DNA of 63,465 nt, filler included, from Octopus bimaculoides (lineage: Eukaryota): the NCBI RefSeq assembly GCF_001194135.2. It is 8 parts of 6 records of this genome, joined end to end, with 100 filler letters (N's around TTAATTAATTAA, not from the genome) between each part and the next. Parts side by side here need not be neighbours in the genome. Positions count along the whole stretch, not along the records: positions 1 to 16,565 come from NC_068987.1; 7 more parts are not named here. The stretch is one strand, 5' to 3'. Made by a program: the position numbers and the translations under genes. A model generated the notes under the pieces. That model worked only from the letters and a program-made list of their open reading frames with translations. It did not search any database and was not told the DNA's origin. Positions 1 through 13,099 of this stretch are shown piece by piece; within the stretch, counting starts at the first letter, position 1, and every line of letters begins with the position of its first letter.

Positions 1-509
1 GATGATGATATTTATGGCTGTTTTGTACATGATGGTGGTGAGGTAATGGTAGTGTTTGTAGTGGTAGGTGGTAGTGGTGAACAAGGCTGTGGTGTTGGTG
101 GGAAAGGGCGGGGGAGGGGAAGTAAACAGGGCGCTGACTTCTTTGAAGATGGTAGTGGGGGGTGCACCAAATGCAGGTGAAGGCAAAGCTGTTCCTCTTG
201 TTTAATGGCGGCGGCGTTGGTGATGTTGATGTTGAAGATTATGATGTAATTATGGCAAAGGTAAAAAAAAAAAAAAGCAAAAACCGTTTCGGGAGTGGTT
301 GGTAAGGTTAGTACTATAATGCAGGTGTTAGTACAAGGAACGATTAAATTGTTATTGCTGAGTACGTTGCCCTAACCCTCTTTCCAGTCAGATCTAAAAA
401 TCAAGAGGGGAGGTTGACGGTGGGGGGCACCAACGCATGATGCTTATTATTGCCAAATGTGCCGCAATATGCCGCAACTTCGGTTTCACATTTTATTTAT
501 ACCTTTTTT

Positions 510-645
510 ATTTTTACCATTTACTTGTTCCGGTTATTACACTACAGCCATGCCTAATACACCATTTTAGAGTTTAGGTCGAATTCCTAAGTTATAAGGA
601 CGTAAACAAACCAACAGCTATTGTCAAGCGACGGTGGGCGCACAT
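510..645 (-). mobile_element. SINE family A, 3' tail fragment
   Basis: Degenerate reverse complement of the family A tail seen full length at 35076-35465 (TTACTTGTT...CAGCCATGC...CTAAGTTA...GACGTAAACAAACC...TTGTCAAGCG). Confidence 0.7.
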
Positions 646-999
646 ACCACACACACACACACACACTGAGTGAAAGATGGTGGGAGGCCAAGGAAGGACT
701 TATTTAAACAATCACCAGAGGAAGTGCACTTTGAACGTTGGATGGCTGACAATAGCTATACATCTAATCAATATACTTCGGGTGTAAAAATGTGTCAAAA
801 CAATTGTAATGATTTTAAACGGAGACTGTCAACCATTCCATTTTCTATCATTTATCTATTTAACTACTAAAGCCATTCGGATGTCCCGACGCCCCAGCTT
901 CCGGCTTTTCACACAAATCAATAAATAAAATTTAAAATATACTATTGTTATAATGGTGATATTGGTTACTCTTCTGAGGTGCGGAGATGGCAGCCGACC

Positions 1000-1550
<551 letters not shown>

Positions 1551-1751
1551 GAAGAACAATGATTTATAACTTGGTTAATTTATTTCCATGTTAATGGAGG
1601 AGTCATTTAGGAGGGAAAAGGACACGAAATTTTAAATGTAATTTAACTAAATTACATTGAGTGGCTGACATTCAGACAGTGGTGCCGCTAGATTGTGTGT
1701 GTACATGTATATGCCTGTGTATGCTTGTATTTGTGTCTATTTGTCTGCATG

Positions 1752-2045
1752 AAGGCGCATGCCTTAGTGGTTAGCGTATTCGGCTAGCAATTGTAAGGTT
1801 GTGAGTTCGATTCCGGCGTGCGTTGTGTCCTTGTGCAAGATAGTTTTTTTCATGTTGCTCCACTCCGCTGGCAAAAAAATGAGTAGTATTTGTAATTCAA
1901 AGGGCCAGCCTTGTCGCATTTTTAAGGTTACGCGTGTCTGTGGAGTGCTCAGCCACTTGCACATTAATTTCACAAACAAGCTGTTCCGTTAATCGGAATC
2001 GGTTCATCTGGAACCCTCGTTGGCGTAATCAATGGAGTGCCGGTA
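1752..2045 (+). mobile_element. tRNA-derived SINE family C
   Basis: A-box-like TAGTGGTTAGCG and B-box-like GAGTTCGATTCC, then GTCCTTGTGCAAG and the AAAGGGCCAGCCTTGTC...GGAACCCTCGT body shared in reverse with 51655-52030, 60520-60765 and 63240-63465. Confidence 0.85.
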
Positions 2046-2159
2046 TGGCTGCGTGTATGTTGAGCAGAATGAAAAGTCTGACATGAGCAAGAATATGAAC
2101 ACTCCAGCATGGCCCCTTCACTTGTGGTGCTTTTAGCGGACTCCTTATTCTGTAACAAG

Positions 2160-3165
2160 CATCTGAGTCAGGTTTCCAAATTGAGGATAACTCTTTCCTT
2201 CCAAACCCCTCCTTTCCACTTATCTTGGAAGAACTGTAAGCAATTTTGGTCCCTTACACGGTAGACCATGACGGGATTTGAACTCAGAAAGTAAGCAACC
2301 GGAAAACCTGCCGCAATTTATCCGGTCTGATGTTCTTAGAGTTTCGGCAATTCGCCGCCCCTGGGCTGGTAGGGTTTTATCGAATAACAAACAATAAAGG
2401 CAAATTTGACATCAGCGAGATTTGAACTCGGAGCGCAGAGACTCAAAGCAAATACCGTGACGCACTCCATACGACGATCTAACGACTCTGCCAATTTACG
2501 AAACCTAATTAGCAGAAACCTGAGTAAATTATTAAGAAATTCTTAACAGAAATAGTAATATAAGTAAAATAAATTCCGCCGAGGTCGACTTTGCCTTTCA
2601 TCCTTTTCGGGGTCGATAAATTAAGTACCAGTTGCTTACTGGGTCGATCTAATCGACTGGTCCCCTCCCCCAAAATTTCGAGCCTTGTGCCTAGAGTACA
2701 AAAGAATATTTAAAAACGGCGAGCTGGAAGGTTCATGCTTCGTCGGGCGAAATATTTAGCGGTATTTTGCCCTTAGTGCTACGTTCTGAGTTCAAACTCC
2801 GCCGAGGTCGACTTTGCTTTTCATCCTTTCGGAGTCAACTTAATCCCTTTGTTTGTCCCCTCTATGTTTAGCCCCCTGAAATAAATATAAGTAAAATATT
2901 TGCTTATAAGTAGGGTAACGCGATTATGCAAATTTTCGAGCTGACAGAACCGTTCTCGCGTTGGAAAATATGTTTCGCGACATTCATTCCGGCTCTTAAC
3001 CGTTCTGAGTTCAAACCCTGCGGAAGTCATCTTTGCGGGGTTTTTTTTTTCTTCTTTCTTCTTTCGTGATCAATAAAATAAAATATCTGTCAAGTTCTGA
3101 AGTCGATTGATCGACTAACATCCTCTTCTCAAAACTGCTGGCTTCGTGCCTAAATCATAAACCAT
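2160..3165. mobile_element. Cluster of about five SINE family B copies in both orientations
   Basis: Repeated GTTCTGAGTTCAAA(T/C)TCCGCCGAGGTCGACTTTGCCTTTCATCCT core at ~2570, ~2790 and ~3000 (+), with degenerate reverse copies at ~2160-2500. Confidence 0.85.
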
Positions 3166-3704
3166 TAAGAAAAAACTTTTGAATTTACTCTTTTTAAAAT
3201 CCGGAACTGGAAAACCAAGACCTGTTCAATGCTTTCTAAGATCTTTGCCGTTCTAAGCACGTGCTTACATTACTCGATGGCTAATCCGGATCGGCTATGT
3301 AGTCCCATATTTGTTATTATTACCCACTGACATAGTAAGGTCTTCTCTCTCTATCTCTCTTTCTAGGGCCCCATTTGTTAAATATTAAATAAACGGGGAA
3401 CCCTAAATTCAACATCCTAAGTCATAACAGAGCATCGCAAGTCTTACATTTTAAATCACGAAACGGTGTTCCTTCAGTATTGGTCTAAAGAGCATCGGTG
3501 TGAGCAGACGACGTGTTATTCGCCCTCTTTTTCATTTTATTCCCTTTATCTGTGTCATGGAGGAAGGTTGCCTGAATGAGGTCCTGTGCAAAGGCAGATG
3601 ACGGTCACCTTTGATTATACACCTGCTCAATCAGCGCTGACCTCGAGTTAAACAACAACAACAACTTATGGATGAAATTACTTCAGCTAACATCCTGATT
3701 ATTG

Positions 3705-4118
3705 GGCGCAAGCATGGCTGTGTGGTTAAGAAGTTTGCTTTGCAACCAGGCGGTTTCGGGTTCAATCCCAATGTGTAACACTTCGGGCAAGTGTTTTCTG
3801 TTATAGCACGGAGTCTTCCAATGCCTTTTGAATGAATTTGGTTGAGGGAAACTGTGTGGAAACCTATCAGCTGTACATGTGTGTGTGTGAGTGCGTCGTG
3901 CGTGCGTTCATGTATGCGTGTGTGAGCGTGTGTGTGTGTAATTGTCCCACACTGCTTGACAACTGGTGTTACTTTGTATATATTGCCGTAACATAGCGGT
4001 TCGGCAAAAAGCCGACAGAGTATGCACCAAACTGGGAGAAGAGGTTGATTTGTTCGACTGAAATCCTTGAAGGCCGTACCCCCAGCATGGCCGCAGTCCA
4101 ATGACTGAAACAGGTAAT
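3705..4118 (+). mobile_element. tRNA-derived SINE family A, near full length
   Basis: GGCGCAAGCATGGCTGTGTGGTTAAGAAG head, GGTTCAATCCC B-box, GGGCAAGTG motif, internal (GT)n, tail CCAGCATGGCCGCAGTCCAATGACTGAAAC. Confidence 0.9.
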
Positions 4119-4452
4119 AGATAACAGGTAACAGATAATCTTGAGTATAAAAAAAATGTGTTGGTAATTAAACAGAAGCTGATGAGAACCAACTGGAAAT
4201 CAAATTTATATCACAGACACCAGCAAACCAAACGCATTAAACATTTTAGCAGCAGGAAGTCAATGATTTTTGTCTCATTTACATCGTTATAGGTTTATAT
4301 AAACAGTATTAGTTGAGTATGCTTTTTACCTAGACATTGCATCATGCTACATTGAATGCAGGTGGCAGGTATCACCTACCAAACGCGTTTTATATTTGTT
4401 CCAAATTAGGGCTGAGGAAGGTAGACACAGCATACGTTTTCTTTGCGTTTCA

Positions 4453-4499
4453 GAGTCCAAATCGTGCTAGGAGTCCAAATCGTGCTAGGAGTCCAAATC
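4453..4499 (+). repeat. 18-bp tandem repeat, about 2.6 copies (GAGTCCAAATCGTGCTAG)
   Basis: Exact units start at 4453 and 4471, with a partial unit at 4489. Confidence 0.95.
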
Positions 4500-5514
4500 C
4501 TCCTGGATTAGAGAAATAAGACCCAGCTCTGCAGGCAGCGGCTAATTAAGTTGACCGTACATCTACTTTTAATTTGTGCCCGCCCGTGTGTGTTTGTGTT
4601 TAAAATCAATAATTACTCCATATTTATTTCTTATTAGACGTGAAGATTAAAGAACTTTTCCGAACACCTCAGATAAACCACATAATAAATATTTTCATTT
4701 ATTATTCAATGAATTAATGAACTACTAGATAGATAGAGAAAGATATGGAGAGATAGATAGACAGATAGACAGATAGATAGATGGAGAGATAGACAGAGAG
4801 AGAGATAGAACGAGAGAGAGAGAGAAAGTAATGGTTGTTACCACCTCAACGTGGTTGCTTCGTACAGATCAATGCTACAACTCTTTTTAACCCCAGGAGG
4901 GGTTTAGCTAAATAGTTTAAAAAACTAGCAAATACATAGAACTCGATACACAGAAGCAGCGTAGTATATTTCTATTTATAAAATAGACGAGTAACTAGCA
5001 TCGTGCTCGCTATTATTGATGTCGTAGACTCACTTGTCAGGCTTTACTTAAAGCTTTGTATGTGTACGTTGCAACAGATGATAATACAGACGGGCAAGGG
5101 AATGTTTTTTTTTGTGGGGGGGGGGGGGAAGCAATAACAGCACCAATAGAGATGCACAAGAGTGAGACCTTCATCAGTTGTCTATTGGATATCATCACAA
5201 TTTCGCTACCTATTTGGCATCCGTTCTCACATTGGTTAACGTGGGACCACGGTAAATGATACTTGCATAGATTGTTGCATTGTGAGATGGAACCCAGAGT
5301 CACATTAGTGGGAGGGAAATCTTTTAACAACACGGCCGAGACTTCTTGTGCTTGCATATATGAATGAGTATGCGCATGCGTGGGTGGGTGTAAATATAAG
5401 CCTTTATGTAACTGTATCTACACTATTTCACGGACTGTGAACAAATGGGTTGCGTCTGTGTATCTGTGTGTGTGCGCGCGCGCGCGTATTTGCTTGAGCG
5501 TGTATCTTTTATTT

Positions 5515-5790
5515 GTTTCAGCCACTGAACTGTGGCCATGCTGGGGCACCGCCTTGAAGGGTTTAGACTCCAGTACTTATTTTTAAAATCTGGTGCTTAT
5601 TCTAATGTTCTCCTTTTGTTTTATCAAACCGCCAAGTTACTGGGACGTAAACAAATCAATATCGGTTATCAAGCAGTAGCGGAGGACACACACACACACA
5701 CACACACACTAACACACACACACGCACGCACTAACACACGCACACGCAGTCATATGACTGAAACAAGTAAAAGAATAAAAGAATATAAAA
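5515..5790. mobile_element. SINE family A tail fragments (minus copy followed by a short plus tail)
   Basis: GTTTCAGCCACTGAACTGTGGCCATGCTGGGGCACCGCC (-), then GACTGAAACAAGTAAAAGAATAAAAG (+). Confidence 0.75.
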
Positions 5791-5839
5791 AAGTTTGTCC
5801 CAGCTAACAAAATGTAATATTTGTTAGTTGAAACGATAT

Positions 5840-5873
5840 GACGCACGCGTTTCGGTTATATTGGCCTCCTCAG
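5840..5873 (-). ncRNA. Hammerhead-ribozyme-like core (degenerate stem I)
   Basis: Minus strand reads CUGAGGA-GG(ccaauauaa)CC-GAAA-CGCGUGCG-UC. The proximal stem I does not pair. Confidence 0.35.
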
Positions 5874-6554
5874 TGAAGCTGTCAACAGAAACCTGCTTGA
5901 TCAGTGGACGGAAGATTTTTACATATAAAAATAGGATATTGAATTATTGTATTAATGCATATAGTTGTGTGTGTGTGTGTGTGTGGCGGGGCGGTGTTTC
6001 ACTCATTTCTAGTATATGTAAATTGGCATTTTGTTATGTGTATGTTGTCGGTACCTACCCCGGGTAACCAGTTAGAAATAGAACACCACGCTGCTGTTGT
6101 AGCTACAGCTGAAGTTGACAATGACGACGACGCGGATGAGGATTGGTGTTGGTGATGACGATGATGACACTGGTGGTGGTGGTGGTGATGCTGTGAAGTA
6201 CTAAAGTAAATATGGTGTCTACCCTAAACAGATTTATGCTACACTTAATACGAATGTGAAACCTATTAGTAACGCTAGCTTTTCAGTCGGTGGTGCTAAG
6301 CTGCCATAGCAACAAGTTGTGTAGAGACATATGTTGAAATATTGCTGTAATACATGTATGCTGTTGGTAGTGATATGTTCGTGTGTCGGCTTTGCCGGGT
6401 ATCTCTCTCTGCATACGTATTTAATTTTAACTGTGCTAGCTTGCATGATTGTGTGTGTGTCTCGTTTTTTCTTCTATAAGTTTAGGGAAATGTATGTTTT
6501 AATGTGTGTACTGATGCGTATTGGCGTGTATGCATGTCATGTGTTTGTGTGTCA

Positions 6555-6591
<37 letters not shown>

Positions 6592-7079
6592 TTCTTAAGA
6601 AGTTTGCTTCGCATCCACATGGATGTCCTTGAGTTATTGTGCATAAGTTTTCATGTTTCCATATGTATTTTAATATCTATTATCAGTACATCTGTGTGTG
6701 TGTGACTTTGTGAAGAGATGGTCGTATGTTTGTATAATGTCTGTGTGCGTGTTTCGATATTCGAGTGAATGTGCTGACGGTAACTTTTTCTTACAGTGTG
6801 CAATCAAAATGAAAGCAAATTATTCGTGTAACCAATTTTGAAAAGATTTCTAGAGGGTTAGAATATATAATTTTAGGGAATTATTTAGCTCGTTAGCCTT
6901 TCTTTATCTTTCGAATGTTGTGTGTGTGTGTGTTGCAGGTGAAGTTCTTGTACTAAATTTCCCGAACACAAAATTACGGTCAGCTCTCGACATAGATGTT
7001 TCGTTTAGCGACACAGAGCTAGCTTTCTGACTAAACTGATAGCGTAGATTCATTCATTGTATGCTTTATTGTGTATTCC

Positions 7080-7260
7080 AACCCACTGCGGCTGTTGCTC
7101 GGGGTCACTTTCAGTAGCCTAAATGCCACAGTGCCACCGGATTAGCCTATCTCGTGTCGGTATTGTCAGTCACGTCTGCTCCCATGAGAAACAATGTATT
7201 AGAGACGCTATCATCACCTTTGATGGGCTGCCTGAAGCAGTAAACAAAACACTTCATTGT
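7080..7260 (+). mobile_element. RTE-type LINE 3' end relic
   Basis: Frame from 7126 gives PQCHRISLSRVGIVSHVCSH, resembling the C-terminal Cys/His motif (CxxCxRxxxSRxGLxSH) of RTE ORFs. Confidence 0.5.
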
Positions 7261-7471
7261 ACACAATGAGGCCACACCATAAATTCCCGCACGCGCGTGT
7301 GTATTACATGTTAATGAAAATCCCGCATTAATATGCAATAAACACAAACACAATCTCACACACACGTTCTCAAACACGGTGAGTGTTTGTATGTATTTGT
7401 GTATGACTTTATAATACTGATAAGGAATTCGTTAGAGTATGCAATAAATGGCAATAGAATGTATGTTTGTA

Positions 7472-7698
7472 CGTGAATCCAGGTAGAAAGTCACAGAAAA
7501 AAAATCATGGAAAAAAGGCGCGGAAAAAGTCACAGAGGTTTTGTCCGGGGGGTGGTTAGTCTGAGGGAGTTTTGTCCTAGGGGTGTTTTGTTCGGATCCC
7601 ATAAATTGTGACTTTTTATTCCTGTGATTTTTTTTCCCTAACCAAAATTGTGACTTTATTACTGTAACTTTTTTCCTGTGACTTTATTACCGGTCACC
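7472..7698. mobile_element. Short non-autonomous DNA element with inverted AAAGTCACAG/CTGTGACTTT subrepeats
   Basis: Left GGTAGAAAGTCACAGAAAAAA versus right TTTTTCCTGTGACTTTATTACC. Internal TTTTGTCC repeats. Confidence 0.55.
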
Positions 7699-8216
7699 CT
7701 GTATGTATGCGAATGTATGTTTAACCCAGAATATTCCTGTGTATTGAAATATGCCTAAATAAATGTCTGTATGGATTGAGTGAGGCAGGCGGTATAATGA
7801 TTGGCAGAAGACGAATTTGTTTTTAATTTCGTTTTTTCTTTAATGATAAAAGAAGACTAATCTTGATTTAAAGAACCATGTCTAGATAGATGTAGATGAA
7901 TGTTTATTTAAAATACTATCAGCTCTTTAACGCTCACCAATCTCTCTCTCTTTCTTTCTCTCTCATTTCAATACTTCATAAAACTTAGTGACTTAATATT
8001 TTTTGTATTTCAAAATCTTCAATTTTTTCCCCACAACCCACTAAATCAAAACACCACCACCACCACCACCACCATCATTACTGCTACTATTACTTAACAC
8101 CAACGCGTCAGATTGTATTACATTTCATCTCATATCGTTCTTAAGCCCAGTCGTGACTTTTGCGGATTACGGAAGTTGCATGAGAATCACTCAAATTTTT
8201 ATGCATCATCCAAAAT

Positions 8217-8235
8217 CCGCATGCGCCAATCAGGA
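8217..8235. promoter_or_regulatory. NRF1-like CGCATGCG adjacent to a CCAAT box, at the edge of a CpG-richer patch (to ~8460)
   Basis: Sequence CCGCATGCGCCAATCAGG. Motif match only, no transcript evidence. Confidence 0.25.
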
Positions 8236-8479
8236 AGGCTAACAAAACCATACAGGATGGGCAAAGAACGTATTCTCTCAGATGTGGGAGTAGAAATGGG
8301 GACGGTCAGCTCCGGGGGACGGTCTTTTTGGGTCGCCTCTATAAGCCTGTAAACGGATGGTGGGGTATCATGGGGCGACAAACTCGGGGATTGAGCCGGG
8401 AAGCACGCTCTAGCTACGCCACTGCTGCTATATTCTCTCACTCCGTGATTCACTGAGAGGCATTCGCTGCTTAAAAATG

Positions 8480-8940
8480 CTTTTCTTCAGAACTGTGGTG
8501 GTAATACAAGATGCAGTTGAAATTACCAGCTTCATTAAAAAACACTCATTAAAATGCCTGATATTTCCAAATCTATGTCAAGATATGGGATGAGAGCTTG
8601 GGCAAATTTTTACTGCTGAGAGAAATGTAATGGCTGCCAAATAGACGAGTTTTTAAACAACGAGAGAACTTGTATTTTTNNNNNNNNNNGCGAAATAAAT
8701 GTTGTTGCTATCAGAAAAGATTTACAATCTTGCAAAAATTTTTAATGGTTACAATTGGTTTTGCAAATTATGCTGTTTATAAGAATGTGTGTGTGTGTGT
8801 GTGTGTGTATGTGTGTGCGTGTGCGTGTGCGTGCGTGCGTGCGTGTGTGGAATGCGTGCTCTTTTTTGTATGTGTTTCGTTTACTGATGACGCCTGACGC
8901 AGAAACACGTGCCCACAACTATCTTCTTTTCTGCCAATAA
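8480..8940 (+). mobile_element. Possible Penelope-like element 3' relic with hammerhead-like motif
   Basis: Frameshifted LN..RELVF[gap]RNKC resembles the Penelope C-terminal LNxRxELxxxCRHxNK, followed by (GT)n and CTGATGA...GAAACACGTG (8884-8911). Confidence 0.35.
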
Positions 8941-10049
8941 TCAGACCACCTTTTCCACAACAGCATGTCGATTTTGGAAACTTCTTTAGATTATCACCCC
9001 TGATTCGGATTGGTACCAACAACTGTCACCAGTCGATTAGCCTATCCTCTCTGGAAATGGAGATAATTTCAATAAATCAATCATTTATCTTGTATGTTAT
9101 TCAATACATCTTTATTCGCATTTCTTGTTCAAATATATGCCACTGGGCACTCTGGATTATTTCTCATAGCTTATTTTCAATTCATTTAAATATAAGTAAA
9201 ATAACAAAATAGCAAAGATGGAGAGCTTCTTACAGTGCGTAAATGAAAAAGTTTAATCTTTACATTTCAAGCACAAAAGCTCATCATCAGATATGAGCAA
9301 CCAAGAAATGTCAATCAATACAGTACGAGGTGATGGTCACGGCTGGGATTCCTTTTGATCGCAGGACTTGTTCAGAGACGACTTGGTGCTAAACATCAAT
9401 AGCAGCAACAATCAACATGGAGGGAAACCTTCTTACAGCACCGTCTTTTCGACACTAAGAATTCGGGTGGGTTGTTGCTATTTTTAGACATTGGTCTGTA
9501 GAATTGATTTCAGATTCGGTGCTAAGAAAATATTATTATTCACTGTTTATCGTCTCCATCTTCGACACCACAGATAAGAAACCAATGATGGCGGCGGCGG
9601 CGCTGTTGGGGGAGTATAGATATTGTTATTTAATATAGCAGAGAGAGTAATTAAACAGCTCTATTCGACAGCATTGTTGCTTTCGTTGTTGTTGTTGTCG
9701 TTTGGCCCCAGGCTATTCCTGATCAAGCAAGCCTATAGTCATAAAGTATCCTAGCTGTCACTAACTCATCGTCTTTTTGGCGGGAAAAGAGAAGGAAGGT
9801 TAGGTAAGATTACATTACCAGATGTATATGTTGTTCTGTCTGTGGATTTTGGTATCAGACTTTACTGCTTTTTTTTGTAGCAGATCGAGTGACTACGTAG
9901 CTGCTCCTTTCTTTGCCTTGTTGTTGATGTATTTATTTTTGTGACTGTTGTTCACGCGGTGATGTTTATAATCGATGTAACCGGTCTGTGTGTTGCAATT
10001 TAGAAGTGGAACTGAAGGAGTGAGTATAAGATCTGGTTGAAGAGAAAGG

Positions 10050-10365
10050 ATGAGAGATAGACTGCCAGACAAGACAGGCATAGATAGTCACACACACAAG
10101 ACAGACAACAGGCAGATATACAGACAGACAGACAGACAGACATAGACAGATAGACAGACAGGCATAGATAGTCACAAACATAGACAGACAACAGGCAGAT
10201 ATAGACAGACATAGACAGGTAGACATAGACAGACAGGCATAGATATTCACAAACAGCCAGACGTAGACAGACATAGACAATACAGCTAGACAGACCGACA
10301 AACACATAGACAGGCAGACATACAAGACGTACATAGACAGAGAGACAGACAGACAGATAGATGTA
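10050..10365. repeat. Degenerate (AGAC)n/(AGACAT) satellite-like array
   Basis: Repeated AGACAGACAT/AGGCATAGATA units visible directly. Confidence 0.9.
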
Positions 10366-11717
10366 TTGAGGTATTAAGAGAGAGTTAAGCAGTGTTAGGA
10401 AACGAGAGAGAGAGAGAGTTAGAATGTTCGTGGGATGGCCCTAAGGAAAGATGGTGAGATAGGTATCTTGGAGGAATAGACGTGTGTGTGTGTGTTGTGT
10501 GGTGGGAGGGGGCAGCTGTTCCTGGAAAGTAAGGAATGGAATTACAGATGTGGTGGTAATGTCTACAAATAAGACATGCCATGGCTGGGTGATGGAGGGA
10601 TGTAACTGATGGGAGGAGGTTGGGGTGGCGATGGTGTGTTAGCATATAAGGGAGGAGGAAGCTGGATACTTCATGAATTTGTAGATAAGGCGGAGGGAAA
10701 TTGTGTGTGTGTGTGTGTGTGAGACCTTCCACAATAAGAAGGTAGTCATCCTTATGTGTGTTTGTGTGTGTTTACATATCTGTGTAGGTGTATGTGAGCA
10801 TATGTGTGTGTAAATATGTTTGTGTGAGTGCATGTGTCCATATACATTTGTATATGTGTATATATATGTGTGTGTGTGTGTGTGTATTTATGTATGTACA
10901 TGCTTATGTAAGAATGTATGCGTATAACTATATGCGTGTGTGTGTGTGTGTGTGCATAGCTATATGTGTGTATGTATATGCATATGTAAAAATGTTTGAA
11001 TATATGTAGAGCTGTATTGGTGTATGTATGCGTTTGTGTGTGAATACATATGTCATCCACCCTTTCCAAAGCTCCCTAGGGAATTCTCCGCCCCTTCCAC
11101 CCTCACTACCCAGCTGTTGCTCCTTTCATTCAAAATCCTGCCACCCTGTCCTTCAAATCTGTCTTGCAGAACTCCTTATCATCTGAAGAGATACCTCAGG
11201 GTTTACATTACCCATTCCTCGCCCACCCCACTCACTCTACACTCACTAATTTGGTGATTACGTGGTTTACTGTTGGTTATCACTCTGATAAACACCACTG
11301 CCTCCTTCCCCACTCCGTGTGTGTGTGTGTGTGTGTGTATGCGAGAGAGAGAGAGGGGGGGGGGAAGAGAGAAGTGTGAAGTGTTTCTATGAATGTAATA
11401 TACATTATTTTCAGTTTTCATCAGTGTGATAAATCCAGAAAATAAATTAAGAAACCGGGACCCACAACATACACACACATACATACACAGACACACATAT
11501 ACACATTCATAAAACAAGCTTTATAAATTTATAGAACAAGAAAGAGGGGGCTTTAATCACAAATCACAACAATTGTTTCTGTGCATTTATAACAGCTGTT
11601 AATTGCTGAGTTTTCCATATCATACTTTTACATGAAATATTATATAAATGACATAAGTAAATATGATTTAGAAGCAATTGTGTACCAGCACATCATCAGG
11701 TGTGTGGCTTTGAGGCA

Positions 11718-11751
<34 letters not shown>

Positions 11752-12730
11752 CTTGCAAGATGAGCAAAAGTATACATACGCTGCTATATGTATATATAAA
11801 TTTTTTAAAAACCCAATAAGAATGTAACAGACGACAATAAAAACATACGGACAGATAGACAATACAAAAGCGGACAGGAAAAACTAGCATGGATCATTCG
11901 TGGCTTTCTATTCATCAGTCAAGTTTCCAATTATCATTACAGTTTCGACCTATTACACTTGAGACTGTTCAAAATTGGGAGGCCCCAAAAATCTAAGCTA
12001 AGAGAGAGAGAGAATGATAAACGAGTTTATCTGAAGCCCATCCATGGATTTACAATATAGAATTGTGATGAACCATAATTTGGGACCCTAACAAAAGACT
12101 CTTGGAGTTCTTCACTAATCTAAGTAATATTGGTAACCTGGTGTGCCAACAGAGAGATTATGAAGTATTTTGCCCAGATTGATAATCCTTCACTAATTGT
12201 CCTCTCTCTCTCTCTCTCTTTGTGNNNNNNNNNNATATATATATATGTGTGTGTGTGTGTGACCACCTCTCCACAGGGAGAGGTGGTCTCCATTTTTCCA
12301 TACATATAGAACTGTCTTCAGATTGGTATACAACTCCAAATAATCCTAAGGCAAGATCTGAACTTGAAGTCCAACCCCAGTCGACTTTGTAAATCCATGG
12401 TTGCATTCCTCAGTTAACCTGATTACTTTTTTACACAGAGAGATACAAGTCTTCCTAGTTATATCATGAATTCCATGTCATAATCCTACAAAATTATTTA
12501 CAACACTAAATGGCAACACACAGTAATTCCAGCACTACCACACACACACAAACTCACACATTTTCTGAGGGCAGTGAACCTTTTACTTCCCACCTTGGTG
12601 AAATTAGCAGCGCATGAAACCTTAATCTCCAATTATATCAAGCTTTAATTTACAACACTTACCAAACGTCTGACTTGCAAATCTTGTGAATTTACACAGC
12701 TTATATTTGGCCTCCTTCTCTATATTTTTC

Positions 12731-12779
<49 letters not shown>

Positions 12780-13099
12780 GTGTCGTTGTGAGGTCCCTTA
12801 TGTATACAATTTTAGTTTGCTCTTTTCCCCTTCCCAATGGGTGGTATACAGATTAAGGAATACCATTGTGATTGTGAAGATGGAGTTTTCTCTTCTTTTT
12901 GACTAATTTCCTTTTTTTTTCTTTCCTCATTCCAGTGCTATTACTGAAAAATATAAAAAGACAAACTTTTTCTCTGGATGCCCTTCTAACGAGAGGTTAG
13001 TAAACTGTTTTACTTGACTAACAGGAAAAACCTTAACTGATAAAATATTATTTATTAGAATCACTTCACCATTACCAAAAATCTTTTCTGTTTAATGTG

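Noticed and set aside
100-119. G-quadruplex-type motif GGGAAAGGGCGGGGGAGGGG
   Set aside because: Single motif in a GGT-rich low-complexity stretch with no functional context.
1752-1820. tRNA-like sequences at SINE heads (also 13823, 35076 and others)
   Set aside because: A and B boxes are present, but no complete cloverleaf, and each continues into a SINE body.
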